Assembly (NCBI GenBank): GCA_014874475.1
Contig: JADBJJ010000008.1
Location: forward strand, 893 to 64,892
Length of the DNA: 64,000 nt
Origin: Chloroflexota bacterium
GTDB taxonomy: Bacteria > Chloroflexota > Anaerolineae > B4-G1 > DUEL01
Reading direction: 5' to 3'
A program made the position numbers and the translations under genes. The notes under the pieces are model-generated. The model made no database searches. It worked only from the letters and a program-made list of their open reading frames with translations, and had not been told where the DNA came from. Below, in pieces: positions 1 to 10,379 of the stretch (position 1 is the stretch's first letter; every line of letters starts with the position of its first letter).

Positions 1-150
1 CTTGGCCTCCACAAACAGGCGCCGCCGGGAACGGGGCAACATCCCCTCAATATCCGGGCCAGGCTCGCTGCCGTGGCGGACGGTCAGGTTGAGCAGCCCC
101 TCCTGCCGAAAGCGCTCGGCCAGCGTTTGGGTCACATCACGCTCCTGCAT
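1..150 (-). CDS. Partial ORF running off the window start; small PD-(D/E)xK-like nuclease-fold candidate
   Basis: Reverse-strand ATG at 150-148, preceded by GGAGAGGG. Open for all 50 visible codons: MQERDVTQTLAERFRQEGLLNLTVRHGSEPGPDIEGMLPRSRRRLFVEAK. The pattern PD..(13 aa)..EAK fits a D-(D/E)xK nuclease motif. It overlaps the SNF2 gene stop (137-139) by 14 nt, which suggests translational coupling. Too short for the ORF track. Confidence 0.3.
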   Translation of the reverse strand, partial: MQERDVTQTLAERFRQEGLLNLTVRHGSEPGPDIEGMLPRSRRRLFVEAK

Positions 151-3100
151 CGGTGGCTTTCCCTCTCCAATCTTTCACCACATACCGCACGACCTCGTAC
201 ACCTCCTCCGGATGGAGGTGTGCGGCCGGATTCTGCAGGGTATAGAGCCGGGGCGCTGCCGCCGCGTTCTCCACCACATATAGCCAGTATTCGTCGCCGA
301 GCCGTTGGGCCATGAGCCACTCGTTGGGGGTGAGGACGACCGGGCCGGTCGTCGCCCGGGCTTTGACTTCAATGTAGCGGGTGGCACCGCCGGCGTCCTG
401 GGAGCGGATGTCGTAGCCGAGGTCGTCCAGGGAGACGTCTACGGGCTGGCGTCCCTGGCGGCGCTCATATTCCATCGCCACCTGCATGCCGATGGCCTCA
501 ATTTCGGGGTCGGAGCGCATGGCGGGGTCGGGGGCGGGCTGGGGGATCACCCGCGCCACGCCCAGGACCGTCGGGACGGAGGGCAAGAGGTTGGTCTCGC
601 GGCGGATGGACTCCTTCATAGCCTCCTTACGCGCGCGGAGTTCCTGGTTGCGGCGCTCCTCGTTGTGGAATTCCGGTTCGGCGATGGGCAGCCCCTTGGC
701 GCGACGGGTTTCATAGTCCATCAGTTTGGCCTCCGACTCGCCGATCATCTGCTCCAGGGAGTGAATGCCATACTTCCGCTTGATATCGGCGCTCCGCTGC
801 CGAAAGGCCAGGACCTCCTCCCGGTAGGGGTCCAGGACCTTATCCACGGCAAAGTCAATCACCGGCTCTTCAGGGGGAGAGGAGGGGTCGCCGGCGTCGT
901 TGGCGATGGGTTTCAGGTCCCAGAGGAGGGAGGGGTTCACCTCCCGCAGGTCGCCCTCCCCTGCGGGCTGGAAGATGGCAAACAGACGTTTGCCGGCCAT
1001 CTGATTGCTGCCGTCGCGCAGTTCGCCTTCCAGAAACCAGAGCCAACCGTCCAGACGGCCGTCGGGGTCGGCAAAGACGGCGCCGCGACGGAGGTCATCC
1101 GCGCACCTCTTCAGCACGTGCTCTATCACCGTCTCCAGCAGGGGGTGGCCCGGGGCCACTAAGACGGCCTCTTGGCGGTGGGCAGTCTGTTTATCAAAAG
1201 TGAACTTGTTGTACTCGCGAAAGACTTCGCCGTACCGCTGCTTGAAGGACTGAGGGACGTGGCGCAGTTCGTAGGGCACACTGGGCAACCGCCACAGGCC
1301 ATCACGGCGCTTTTCCAGGTTAACCTCCAGAAAGGCGCAACTGCGCTGGAAGAACTTTTCTATGTACTCCGGCACCAGCCGGTGCTCCCGGGCGCGGCGG
1401 TCTTCGCCGAGGACACGACTCAGGTCAATGTGCCGCGTGGCCAGGGCCTCCTGGGCCGCCTCGCGCGCCCTGCGGATGGCTTCTTCATCGGGGACCGCCT
1501 CAATCTCGGCGATGATGTCTTCCAGCGTGCGCCGGTGCGCGATCGCCTCCACGAGCAAATCCTTCAGGCTACGTCCCGGCAACACTTCACCAATTACATC
1601 AAAGACGCGATCACTGCCCAGCGCCTCCTGAATCCGCTGGAGTTTCCGGAAGAGGGCCTGCAAGACCATGCCCTCGCGGGTGTCGGAGGCCACGAGGTTG
1701 TAGATGTGGACCTCTTTTTGCTGACCGTAGCGGTGGATGCGGCCCATGCGCTGTTCCAACCGGTTGGGGTTCCAGGGGATGTCGTAGTTGATCATCAGCG
1801 AGCAGAACTGGAGGTTGATGCCCTCGCCGCCGGCTTCGGTAGAGACCATCACCTGGGCCTTTTCGCGGAACTCGTGTTCGGCGCGGATGCGGGCGTCCAG
1901 GTTCATAGCACCGTGCAGGGTCACCACGGAGTAGCCCCAGGCGCGGAGTTTCTCCGCCAGGTATTCCAGCGTCTCGCGGGATTCGGTAAAGATGAGGAGT
2001 TTTTCGCCGGTCTGCTGGAGCCGCTCCGCGGCCATCACCTCCCGCAGTTCGTTCAGTTTCGTCTCCACTTCGTGGCGTTCCGCCTCGCGGGCCAGGCGGA
2101 TGAGTTCGTCCAGGGTCCGGATTTCCTCCAGCAACTCCTCCCGGGTTTCCGCCGCCGTCAGCCGTTCCAGCAGTTCTTCTTCCTGCCGCAGCCGCTCAAC
2201 TTCGGGAGCGTCTTCCAGTTCGTCTTCGTCGATGGTCCCACCTTCAGCCAGCCACTGCCCCATAGAAAGCAGTTTCTCCAGGCGGGATTTCCGACGTTCC
2301 AGGGAGCGACGCACAGCCCGCACACTGGAGGCCATCCGCCGCTGCAGGATGAGCAGGGCGAACGCCACGTTCCGCTTCTCCTTCGCCAGCGCTCTGTTGT
2401 AGGAGGTCTCCACGTATTGGGTGACGGCGTTGTAGAGCCGCTTCTCTTCGTTGTTCAGCCGGTAGGGGCGGGTGTGAACGCAGCGCGGGGGAAAGAGCGG
2501 CCGTCCCTCAAAATCGCGCAGGTCTTCCTTGAGCCGGCGCAGAAACAGCGGGTTATCGCGGTCATGAACCGACTGGAGGAGCAGGTCCGTGGAGACAAAC
2601 ATATCCGGCTCCAGCAGGTTCAGGAACAGGCGGAAATTCTCCGGATCGCCCCGATGCGGGGTGGCGGTCAGGAACAGGAGAAACTGACTGGTGCGGGATA
2701 ACAACTCGCCGAGGTGATAGCGCTCGGTCTTAGTGGTCTTTTCGCCGTAGCGGTAGGCCGCCATCTTGTGGGCCTCGTCCACCACCACCAGGTCCCAGTG
2801 GGCCTCCCCCAGCGTCGCCATCACATCATCCTGTTTGGCGAAATCCATGGAGGTGATGGCCTGGGCCTCCTCCTGCCATATATTGCGGCCCCAGGTGGCG
2901 TTCATCACACTGCGGTCGACCACCGTAAACGCCTCGCCGAAGCGCTCTTTCATCTCCCGCAGCCACTGGTCTTTGAGATGCCCCGGCACCACGATGAGGG
3001 TCCGCTGAACCAGCCCCCGGTACTTGAGTTCCTTCAACAACAGGCCGGCCATAATCGTCTTACCGGCACCGGGATCATCGGCCAGCAGGAAGCGGACGCG

Positions 3101-3448
3101 CGGGTGGCGCAGGATATAGTGGTAGACGGCCTCAATTTGATGGGGGAGCGGGTCCACCTGGGAAATGGTCACCGCAAGAAGGGGGTCAAACTGGTGCGCA
3201 AAGCGGATGCGGTGCGCCTCTACGGCCAGAAAGAACCCTTCGCCCCGTCCGCAAAAATCTCTGACTGCACCGGTGGCAATGCGGACCTGCTCCAGGTCGG
3301 CCGGACTGAGAATGCGAGAGTAGAATTGCTGCGTCTGGGTGCCCACGGCCTCTATTTTTGTCCGATAACCGATCTCCTGCACCGTGAGCACGCGCACCGG
3401 CTCGGTCCAGAAATCACTTTCCAGGATATCACCTGTTCGGATCGTCAT
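137..3448 (-). CDS. SNF2-family helicase with C-terminal DUF3883-like (restriction-endonuclease-fold) domain
   Basis: 1103-aa ORF. SNF2 N-terminal motifs: LADDPGAGKTIMAG (Walker A) and VVVDEAHKM (DEAH box). Helicase-C motif QRMGRIHRYGQQKEVHIYNLV. C-terminal segment GYDIRS...RYIEVKAR...NEW..A..LGDEYWLYVV is typical of DUF3883. Confidence 0.8.
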   Translation of the reverse strand: MTIRTGDILESDFWTEPVRVLTVQEIGYRTKIEAVGTQTQQFYSRILSPADLEQVRIATGAVRDFCGRGEGFFLAVEAHRIRFAHQFDPLLAVTISQVDPLPHQIEAVYHYILRHPRVRFLLADDPGAGKTIMAGLLLKELKYRGLVQRTLIVVPGHLKDQWLREMKERFGEAFTVVDRSVMNATWGRNIWQEEAQAITSMDFAKQDDVMATLGEAHWDLVVVDEAHKMAAYRYGEKTTKTERYHLGELLSRTSQFLLFLTATPHRGDPENFRLFLNLLEPDMFVSTDLLLQSVHDRDNPLFLRRLKEDLRDFEGRPLFPPRCVHTRPYRLNNEEKRLYNAVTQYVETSYNRALAKEKRNVAFALLILQRRMASSVRAVRRSLERRKSRLEKLLSMGQWLAEGGTIDEDELEDAPEVERLRQEEELLERLTAAETREELLEEIRTLDELIRLAREAERHEVETKLNELREVMAAERLQQTGEKLLIFTESRETLEYLAEKLRAWGYSVVTLHGAMNLDARIRAEHEFREKAQVMVSTEAGGEGINLQFCSLMINYDIPWNPNRLEQRMGRIHRYGQQKEVHIYNLVASDTREGMVLQALFRKLQRIQEALGSDRVFDVIGEVLPGRSLKDLLVEAIAHRRTLEDIIAEIEAVPDEEAIRRAREAAQEALATRHIDLSRVLGEDRRAREHRLVPEYIEKFFQRSCAFLEVNLEKRRDGLWRLPSVPYELRHVPQSFKQRYGEVFREYNKFTFDKQTAHRQEAVLVAPGHPLLETVIEHVLKRCADDLRRGAVFADPDGRLDGWLWFLEGELRDGSNQMAGKRLFAIFQPAGEGDLREVNPSLLWDLKPIANDAGDPSSPPEEPVIDFAVDKVLDPYREEVLAFRQRSADIKRKYGIHSLEQMIGESEAKLMDYETRRAKGLPIAEPEFHNEERRNQELRARKEAMKESIRRETNLLPSVPTVLGVARVIPQPAPDPAMRSDPEIEAIGMQVAMEYERRQGRQPVDVSLDDLGYDIRSQDAGGATRYIEVKARATTGPVVLTPNEWLMAQRLGDEYWLYVVENAAAAPRLYTLQNPAAHLHPEEVYEVVRYVVKDWRGKATDAGA

Positions 3449-3732
3449 CGCCGGTTAGCCCTCTCTTTATATTTTTTTGTCTTTAAGGCTACTCTGCCGA
3501 GTCTCTGGCCGTTGGCCGGCGGCCTTTTCGCCTATCCTGAGCGGATAGAGAAGGAAAGATGTCGGGTCCTGGACCCATGCCGAGATGTTACGGTTGCTCC
3601 GGCCTGCGAGGACGGGGTTTTGAACGCACCCAGAGAGACGAGGAAGCGGAGATTTTCTATCTGTTTTTAACTATTGTACACCAGATCGGGCGCAGGACAA
3701 GCGCCGTTGGTGTCGGCACCAATTGCGGGAGT

Positions 3733-3761
3733 TTGACGGCATCCCCAGGGTCGGTTATAAT
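3733..3761 (+). promoter_or_regulatory. Sigma-70-type promoter upstream of prfA
   Basis: TTGACG (3733-3738), 17-nt spacer, TATAAT (3756-3761). Lies about 33 nt upstream of the prfA ATG. Confidence 0.55.
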
Positions 3762-3793
3762 AACCTTCAGAGCACCATCGACGGAATCCGGAT

Positions 3794-4879
3794 ATGTGGG
3801 AAAAATTAGAAGGGATTGAGCAGCGATACGAAGAGATCGCCCAACGGATGGCCGACCCGGAGGTCGTCAGCGACCCGGACCGGCTGGCAGAATTGGCGCG
3901 CGAACACGCCGAACTGGAGGAACTGGTCACCCTGTACCGCCAGTACCGTCAGACCCGCACGGAACTGGACCAGGCGGAATCGTTGCTGGAAGATAACGAC
4001 CCTGAACTCCGAGAACTGGCGGAGGCGGAAGTTAATCACCTGCGAGCGCATCTGGAGCATCTGGAAGCGCAACTGCGTCAGTTGCTCCTCCCCCGAGACC
4101 CCCGCGATCAGCGAAACGTGATTGTGGAGATCCGCGCCGGGACGGGCGGAGAGGAGGCGGGGCTCTTCGCCGGCGACCTGTATCGGATGTACTCCCGCTA
4201 TGCCGAACGGCATGGCTGGCAGACGGAGTTCATCAGCGCCCATCCCACCGACCTGGGGGGCTTTAAAGAGGTCATCTTTGAGGTCCGGGGACGGGGGGCC
4301 TTTTCCCGTCTCAAGTTTGAGAGCGGTGTCCACCGCGTCCAGCGCGTGCCCATCACCGAATCCTCCGGACGCATCCACACCTCCACGGCCACCGTCGCCG
4401 TCCTCCCGGAAGTGGACGAGGTGGAAGTATACATTGACCCCAACGACATAGAGATGGAAGTCTACCGCTCCTCCGGCCCGGGGGGTCAGCATATGCAGAA
4501 GAACGCCACCGCGGTCCGCCTCATCCACAAGCCCACCGGGATGGTGGTGACCTGTGAGTCGGAGCGGTCGCAGACTCAGAACCGAGTCCGCGCGCTGGCC
4601 GTCCTGCGCGCTCGCCTCTACGATATAGAACGCCAGAAGCAGGAGACGGAGATCGCCGAGGCCCGACGGGCCCAGATCGGCACAGGAGAACGGAGCGAGA
4701 AGATCCGCACCTACAACTTTCCCCAGAACCGGGTCACTGACCACCGCATCGGTCTGACCCTTTACCGGCTCCCGGATGTGCTGGACGGGGACATAGACCC
4801 ATTCATTGACGAACTGATCGCCCATGCGCAGGCGGAACGGCTCCGGGCCAGCGGCGAAGGATGGGAGGACGAACGATAA
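3794..4879 (+). CDS. prfA: Peptide chain release factor 1
   Basis: 361 aa with GGQ motif (SSGPGGQHMQKNATAVRLIHKPTG). RF1-type tripeptide region RVPITESSGRIHTS rather than the RF2 SPF motif. No internal frameshift is needed. Confidence 0.9.
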   Translation: MWEKLEGIEQRYEEIAQRMADPEVVSDPDRLAELAREHAELEELVTLYRQYRQTRTELDQAESLLEDNDPELRELAEAEVNHLRAHLEHLEAQLRQLLLPRDPRDQRNVIVEIRAGTGGEEAGLFAGDLYRMYSRYAERHGWQTEFISAHPTDLGGFKEVIFEVRGRGAFSRLKFESGVHRVQRVPITESSGRIHTSTATVAVLPEVDEVEVYIDPNDIEMEVYRSSGPGGQHMQKNATAVRLIHKPTGMVVTCESERSQTQNRVRALAVLRARLYDIERQKQETEIAEARRAQIGTGERSEKIRTYNFPQNRVTDHRIGLTLYRLPDVLDGDIDPFIDELIAHAQAERLRASGEGWEDER

Positions 4880-4887
4880 GAAATGGG

Positions 4888-4932
4888 GTTCAGGGCGGGC
4901 GGCGAGACCATCCGCCCTGAACTTCGCTTTTT
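4888..4932 (+). terminator. Rho-independent terminator after prfA
   Basis: 11-bp stem GTTCAGGGCGG (4888-4898) pairing with CCGCCCTGAAC (4912-4922), 13-nt loop, followed by TTCGCTTTTT. Confidence 0.6.
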
Positions 4933-4956
4933 CCAGCCAGCGGAGGAGGACTGGAG

Positions 4957-5874
4957 ATGGACATTCTGGTCATCGGCGCGGCGGGTCTGGATGTGAAGGG
5001 GCAAGTGGGAGGGCCTCTGCAGATGGGGACCTCCAACCCCGGAGTCATCCGTCAGAGCCCTGGGGGGGTCGCGCGCAACATCGCCGAAAACCTGGCCCGC
5101 CTGGGAGTAGAAGTCACGCTGATTACGGCTCTGGGGGACGATTGGCCCGGGCGGTATATCCTGGAACATGCCCAGCAGGCCGGGGTGAACACCGAACACG
5201 TCCTGATCCGGCCTGACCTCCGTACCGGCACCTACCTGGCCCTGCAGGACGCGGAGAAACAACTCATCGTCGGACTGGACGACATGGGGGCCATCCAGGC
5301 CATCACCCCGCACTATCTTCACGACCGGCGGCGGCTCTTTCGGGAAGCGGAGATGGTGGTCATAGACGCGAACCTCTCCCCGGACGCGCTGGAGATGGTC
5401 TTCCGCCTGGCCGCCCAATATAACCGCCCTGTCTGCGCCGACCCGACCTCTGCGCCGCTGGCCGTCCGCCTGCAACCGTTTCTGGGCCAACTCCATCTGG
5501 TGACGCCCAACCTGCAGGAGGCGTATGCCCTGCTGGGCGAAGTGGGCGGGAGCAGCAGCCGCCCCATCCGCGTCGCCCGGCGGCTGGTCGCGAAGGGGGT
5601 CAAAATGGCCGTCATCACGCTGGCGGAGAAGGGCCTCTGCTACGCCACCGTCAACGAGAGCGGCAATCTGCCCGCTATTGCCGTCCCCATCGTGGACCGC
5701 ACCGGCGTGGGGGACGCGCTGACCGCCGCCATCATCTTCGGCCTCCTGGAGGGACTCCCACCCACCGAAGCGGTCCGGCTGGGCCTCTCCGCCGCCGCCC
5801 TCACCCTCCAATGCCGCCACACCGTCTGCCCCGATATCAGCCTGGAGCGGCTGTACGAGACGCTGGTGGTGTGA
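4957..5874 (+). CDS. PfkB-family carbohydrate/nucleoside kinase (pseudouridine- or ribokinase-like)
   Basis: 305 aa. N-terminal ILVIGAAGLDVKG, GGVARNIAENLARLG, and C-terminal DRTGVGDALTAAIIFG (PfkB signature 2 region). Confidence 0.7.
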   Translation: MDILVIGAAGLDVKGQVGGPLQMGTSNPGVIRQSPGGVARNIAENLARLGVEVTLITALGDDWPGRYILEHAQQAGVNTEHVLIRPDLRTGTYLALQDAEKQLIVGLDDMGAIQAITPHYLHDRRRLFREAEMVVIDANLSPDALEMVFRLAAQYNRPVCADPTSAPLAVRLQPFLGQLHLVTPNLQEAYALLGEVGGSSSRPIRVARRLVAKGVKMAVITLAEKGLCYATVNESGNLPAIAVPIVDRTGVGDALTAAIIFGLLEGLPPTEAVRLGLSAAALTLQCRHTVCPDISLERLYETLVV

Positions 5875-6562
5875 AGGGCTCCCGCAGAGGCTGGACCTTC
5901 TGCAAGACCAGCGCCGCTGCCAGCACCAGCCCGGCCTGAATCAGGACCCCTCCCACAATCACCATCCCCACATCCATCCAGAACCGCTCCGGAAAGAGGC
6001 GGATGAGCGTATCCGAAGTGGGAAAGGTCCAGGTATCCGGCGGGAAGAGCAGTTCATGGAAACCGGTGAAAAAGACCTCCCACGAAGTCAGCATCAGGGC
6101 GGCGACAGCGACCAGGAGCACCAGAGTGAGAACCGCCCCATCCCTCAGCGCCCTTGCCGCCAGCGGGCGCATCGTGCGGCGGGCCAGCAGCCCCGCCGTC
6201 CCTCCCAGGGCCACCACCCCCGCCGCCATCCCGGCCCGCAGAATGGCCCAGAACACCCGCTGGACGTCCACCATATGCGCCAGTTCCCGTTCATTGAAGG
6301 CGGGACGCCCCTCCAGTTCCAGGTCCGCCAGCAACTCAATCCCGGCGCCGGTAGCCAGATACTCCACACAGACTTCCGCCAGCCGGATGCGCTCCTCGGT
6401 GGTCAGACCGTAGGGGTCAGGGGGAAAATCCGGCTTCCCGTATTCCCACCGCACCCACCACGGCGCGGTGACCACGCGCAGCGCCACCGCCAGCATCACC
6501 ACCGGCAGCGCCAGACTCACCAGCACTGAAACCGCTCGGAGCCAACCCTTCATCTTCGCCAC
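5837..6562 (-). CDS. DUF1461 / TIGR01906-family integral membrane protein
   Basis: 241 aa. N-terminal TM helix, central soluble segment, C-terminal TM helices containing FFTGFHELLFPPDTWTFPTSDTLIRLFPERFW, characteristic of this family. GTG start with GGAGGA upstream. Its 3' end overlaps the convergent PfkB gene by 38 nt. Confidence 0.6.
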   Translation of the reverse strand: MAKMKGWLRAVSVLVSLALPVVMLAVALRVVTAPWWVRWEYGKPDFPPDPYGLTTEERIRLAEVCVEYLATGAGIELLADLELEGRPAFNERELAHMVDVQRVFWAILRAGMAAGVVALGGTAGLLARRTMRPLAARALRDGAVLTLVLLVAVAALMLTSWEVFFTGFHELLFPPDTWTFPTSDTLIRLFPERFWMDVGMVIVGGVLIQAGLVLAAALVLQKVQPLREPFTPPASRTAAPG

Positions 6563-6747
6563 TCTCCATTCCTCCGGACTCTGGATAACAGGATTGTACT
6601 ACAGCAAGAGGAAAAACGTCAAACGCGGGCGGAGGCGCCCCCGTTTGAGCCCCACCCGCGCTTACACAGTTGGCATACTCCTTGACTATGGTATAATAAC
6701 CCTGTCTCTCCCTGGGGTACACCCAATTTGATCCGGAGGTAAAACCC

Positions 6748-7890
6748 GTGAAACTCCACGAATATCAATCCAAGCGCATCTTTGCCCAATACGGTATCCC
6801 TGTACAAGAAGGTGAAGTCGCGACCACTCCCCAGGAAGTGCGCTCCCTGGCAGAACAGATGGGTAGCCCTGTCGTCGTCAAGGCCCAGGTACTGGTCGGC
6901 GGACGGGGCAAAGCCGGCGGCATCAAACTGGCCCAGACTCCTCAGGAGGCGGAAGAGGTTGCAGCCCGCATCCTCTCCCTTCAGATCAAGGGCCTGCCGG
7001 TCCGCAAAGTGCTGGTGGCCCGCGCGGCCGACATCCGGCAGGAAATCTATCTGGGGATTGTCGTGGATCGCGCCGCTGCCCGTCCCGTGATGATGGCCTC
7101 CTCCGAAGGCGGCGTGGAGATAGAGGAAGTCGCCCGTACCCATCCCGATGCGATCAAAAAGGTCCACATTGACCCCTTTGTCGGCCTGCGGAGTTACCAG
7201 ACCCTCGGGCTGGCCAAGAGCATCGGCCTGCCTTCGGCGCTGCACCGGGATTTCGGCCGCATCGCCCAGGGGCTGTATCGTTCTTTTGTAGAATGCGACG
7301 CGTCGCTGGCGGAGATTAACCCGCTGGTCATCACGCCGGAGGGGACCCTGCTGGCGCTGGATGCCAAAATCGTCCTGGACGACAACAGCCTCTTCCGCCA
7401 CCCCGACCTGGCCCAATTGCGGGACATAGACGAGGAGACCTCCTCGGAGCGGGCCGCGCGCGAGGCCGGCCTTTCCTTCGTCCAACTGGATGGCGACATC
7501 GGCTGTATGGTCAACGGCGCCGGTCTGGCGATGGCGACGATGGACATCATCCAGCACTTCGGCGGGATGCCGGCCAACTTCCTGGATATCGGCGGTGGCG
7601 CCCGTGCCGACCGAGTGGCGACTGCGCTGCGGCTCATCCTGGCCGACCCCCGGGTGAAGGCCATCCTGCTCAACATCTTCGGAGGCATCACCCGCTGCGA
7701 CGAGGTCGCCCGGGGCATCGTCTCCGTCCTGGACGAACTGCGGCCCCATCTTCCCATCGTGGCCCGTCTGGTGGGGACCAATGAGGCTGAAGGGCGGCAG
7801 ATTCTGGAGAGTTCCGGCTACGGCATCATCACCGCCACCACCCTGGCGGAGGCCGCGCAGAAAGCCGTCGCCGCCGCCCGCGCCACCTAA
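6748..7890 (+). CDS. sucC: Succinyl-CoA synthetase beta subunit
   Basis: 380 aa starting (GTG) [22 protein letters not shown]-grasp region followed by [22 protein letters not shown] 8 nt upstream. Confidence 0.92.
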   Translation: MKLHEYQSKRIFAQYGIPVQEGEVATTPQEVRSLAEQMGSPVVVKAQVLVGGRGKAGGIKLAQTPQEAEEVAARILSLQIKGLPVRKVLVARAADIRQEIYLGIVVDRAAARPVMMASSEGGVEIEEVARTHPDAIKKVHIDPFVGLRSYQTLGLAKSIGLPSALHRDFGRIAQGLYRSFVECDASLAEINPLVITPEGTLLALDAKIVLDDNSLFRHPDLAQLRDIDEETSSERAAREAGLSFVQLDGDIGCMVNGAGLAMATMDIIQHFGGMPANFLDIGGGARADRVATALRLILADPRVKAILLNIFGGITRCDEVARGIVSVLDELRPHLPIVARLVGTNEAEGRQILESSGYGIITATTLAEAAQKAVAAARAT

Positions 7891-7938
7891 CCCCACCCCT
7901 CACTTTTCAGGTTTCACTCTTCACTCCCCGGAGGTACC

Positions 7939-8817
7939 ATGTCCATCTTAGTAGACAAAAACACCCGCCTGCTCGTACAGGGCATCACCGGACGCGAAGG
8001 CGAATTCCACACCCGACAGACCCTGGACTACGGCACCTGTGTTGTCGCCGGCGTCACCCCGGGCAAGGGCGGACAGTTTGCCTGCGACGGCCGCGTCCCC
8101 GTCTTTGACAATGTCCGGGAGGCCGTAGAGGCCACAGGCGCCAACACATCGGTCATCTACGTCCCGGCCCCCTTCGCACCGGACGCCATCATAGAGGCCG
8201 CAGATGCAGGGATCGGCCTGATCGTCTGCATCACCGAGGGCATTCCGGTCAACGACATGATTCAGGTGAAGGCATATCTGGATATGAAGGGGGTCCGGCT
8301 GATCGGCCCCAACTGTCCTGGCCTGCTCACCCCCGGGCAGGCGAAGGTGGGCATCATGCCCGGTCACATCGCCATGCCGGGGCCGGTGGGTGTCGTCTCC
8401 CGCTCCGGCACCCTCACCTACGAGGTCGTCTACGCGCTCACCGCGCTGGGCATCGGGCAGACGACGTGCGTCGGCATCGGCGGCGACCCCATCATCGGCA
8501 CCCGTTTCGTGGACGTTCTGGCCCTCTTTGAAGCAGACCCGGAGACAAAGGCGGTGGTGCTCATCGGCGAAATCGGCGGCAACGACGAGGAGGTAGCGGC
8601 CCGCTTCATCGCCGAGCGGATGACCAAGCCGGTGGTGGCCTTCATCGCCGGCCGGACCGCGCCGCCGGGTAAGCGCATGGGCCACGCCGGGGCCATCATT
8701 GAGGGCGGCACCGGGACAGCGGCGGAGAAAATCGCCGCCCTGGAGGCCGCCGGAGTCCGGGTCGCAGAGCACCCCGAGCAGATCGCCCAGATGGTGACGG
8801 AGGTGATCCGCGCATAA
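7939..8817 (+). CDS. sucD: Succinyl-CoA synthetase alpha subunit
   Basis: 292 aa with [19 protein letters not shown] and the phosphohistidine loop GHAGAII. Immediately downstream of sucC. Confidence 0.92.
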   Translation: MSILVDKNTRLLVQGITGREGEFHTRQTLDYGTCVVAGVTPGKGGQFACDGRVPVFDNVREAVEATGANTSVIYVPAPFAPDAIIEAADAGIGLIVCITEGIPVNDMIQVKAYLDMKGVRLIGPNCPGLLTPGQAKVGIMPGHIAMPGPVGVVSRSGTLTYEVVYALTALGIGQTTCVGIGGDPIIGTRFVDVLALFEADPETKAVVLIGEIGGNDEEVAARFIAERMTKPVVAFIAGRTAPPGKRMGHAGAIIEGGTGTAAEKIAALEAAGVRVAEHPEQIAQMVTEVIRA

Positions 8818-8985
8818 GGCGCGAATCGGTATAGAGGACCTGTGCCGGATCGGAGCGGGGATGCGACTGGCAATGAACTGAACTGTGATGCGGGATGCGT
8901 GAGGAGGCAACGATGTCCAATGCAAACCATCCCCGCCGCAGAATCCCTTTTCTCTGAGCAACGATGCACCTCAGGAGGCAGCCTT

Positions 8986-10011
8986 ATGACATGGGCAGAT
9001 GAAGAGAACATCACCGCCGGAATCCGCACGATGCTGGAAGTCAACATGGGCTGGCGACCCGGCGAGCGGCTCCTGGTGGTCACCGACGTTCCCCGACCCG
9101 AAGACTGGGCCGAGATGCCCATCGCCGCGCTGACCGGGATGCTGGAGCGGTGCGTTCTGGCGCGGCAGGTGGCGGAGGTCGCGCGCCAGATGCGGCCCGG
9201 GGAGGCGGTGGACTTCGTCGTTTACCCCGCCACTGGGAGCCACGGCGCGGAGCCTCCGGACGAACTGGCCGCGCGCCTGCGGCAGGCCGATGTAGTGATC
9301 GCCCTGACGAACTACTCCCTCTCCCACACCGACGCGCGGGAGGCCGCGACGCAGGCCGGGGTGCGCCTGGCCAGCATGCCGGGCTTCCTGGCCGAAATGT
9401 TCTACCCGGACGGCCCGATGGCGGTGGACTACCACCAGATAGCAGCGGAGGCCGAGGCCATCGCCCGGCGGCTCACCGACGCCCAGGAGGCGTGGGTCCG
9501 TTCCCCCGCCGGCACCGACATCCGCTTCTCCCTGGTCGGCCGCGCGGGGATGGCCGATACCGGCCTCTACCTGAAAAAAGGCGAATGGGGCAACCTCCCG
9601 GCGGGGGAGGCCTACATCGCCCCTGTGGAGGGGACGGCGGAGGGCGTGCTGGTCGTCCAGGCCGGATGGCACCCCGGCCTGACGGAGGAGATGCGCCTGG
9701 TGTTCCGCGCCGGACAGGTGGTGGAGGTGCTGGGGGGCAGCAGAGTGGGGGAGGAACTGCGCCGGTTCCTTCGCCCCGGCGACAGGGACCCTCTCCATTC
9801 TTCCCGGCGCAACCTGGCGGAACTGGGCGTGGGGACCAACCCGAATGCCCGTCGGCCAGACAACATCCTGGAAGCGGAAAAAATTCGGGGGACCGTCCAC
9901 ATCGCCATCGGCGACAATGCTCACATGGGCGGCCTGGTGACGGCCGACTTCCACGAGGACTTCGTCATCCCCCAGGCAGAACTGTGGCTGGACGGGCAGA
10001 GAGTACTGTAG
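8986..10011 (+). CDS. Aminopeptidase, M29 (aminopeptidase T)-like
   Basis: ORF-track start is 8842, but the ATG at 8986 has AGGAGG 8 nt upstream. Motifs [18 protein letters not shown] and [10 protein letters not shown] resemble thermophilic aminopeptidase T family proteins. Confidence 0.55.
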   Translation: MTWADEENITAGIRTMLEVNMGWRPGERLLVVTDVPRPEDWAEMPIAALTGMLERCVLARQVAEVARQMRPGEAVDFVVYPATGSHGAEPPDELAARLRQADVVIALTNYSLSHTDAREAATQAGVRLASMPGFLAEMFYPDGPMAVDYHQIAAEAEAIARRLTDAQEAWVRSPAGTDIRFSLVGRAGMADTGLYLKKGEWGNLPAGEAYIAPVEGTAEGVLVVQAGWHPGLTEEMRLVFRAGQVVEVLGGSRVGEELRRFLRPGDRDPLHSSRRNLAELGVGTNPNARRPDNILEAEKIRGTVHIAIGDNAHMGGLVTADFHEDFVIPQAELWLDGQRVL

Positions 10012-10229
10012 GTTCAAGGCGACTGGGCCCTAACCGGAAGTCGCCCTCGCGGTCTCAGCGCCGGTTGACGCTCGGCGCGCGGCGCCCCATAAGGCCCGTT
10101 TCCGGTCGGCGCAAGAGCGCATCAACGCCGGGTGTGTCCCCCAATATGACCGGAATCATTGACTCAGCCGCAATACACCAGGTACAAAGGGCCGTTTCCG
10201 ATGAAATGGGGACACGCCCTCAACGTCAG

Positions 10230-10258
10230 TTGCCATTTGCTTCCCGGTATTGTAAAAT
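10230..10258 (+). promoter_or_regulatory. Candidate sigma-70 promoter for the 10380-11493 two-gene cassette
   Basis: TTGCCA (10230-10235), 17-nt spacer, TAAAAT (10253-10258). This would give a leader of roughly 115 nt. Confidence 0.4.
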
Positions 10259-10379
10259 AAGCATGAATCGGCTGCAAAAGACCGCTCTACCGCAGGGACG
10301 CAGATGCGTTATCCATGCCCGAACCCTGCACTCCCGACGTCCCGGCGGTGAGTTTCTGCAGTAAAGTACGAGGGGGGGT

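Noticed and set aside
3794-4879. Checked the release-factor gene for the programmed +1 frameshift known from prfB
   Set aside because: The protein is RF1-type and is a single uninterrupted ORF, so no frameshift site is expected or seen.
9150-10364. 404-aa plus-strand ORF rich in Arg/Gly/Pro, overlapping the aminopeptidase gene and running into the 10.0-10.4 kb spacer
   Set aside because: It is an out-of-frame overlap with a motif-bearing gene and has extreme composition with no domains. Its tail in the spacer has no independent start or RBS support.
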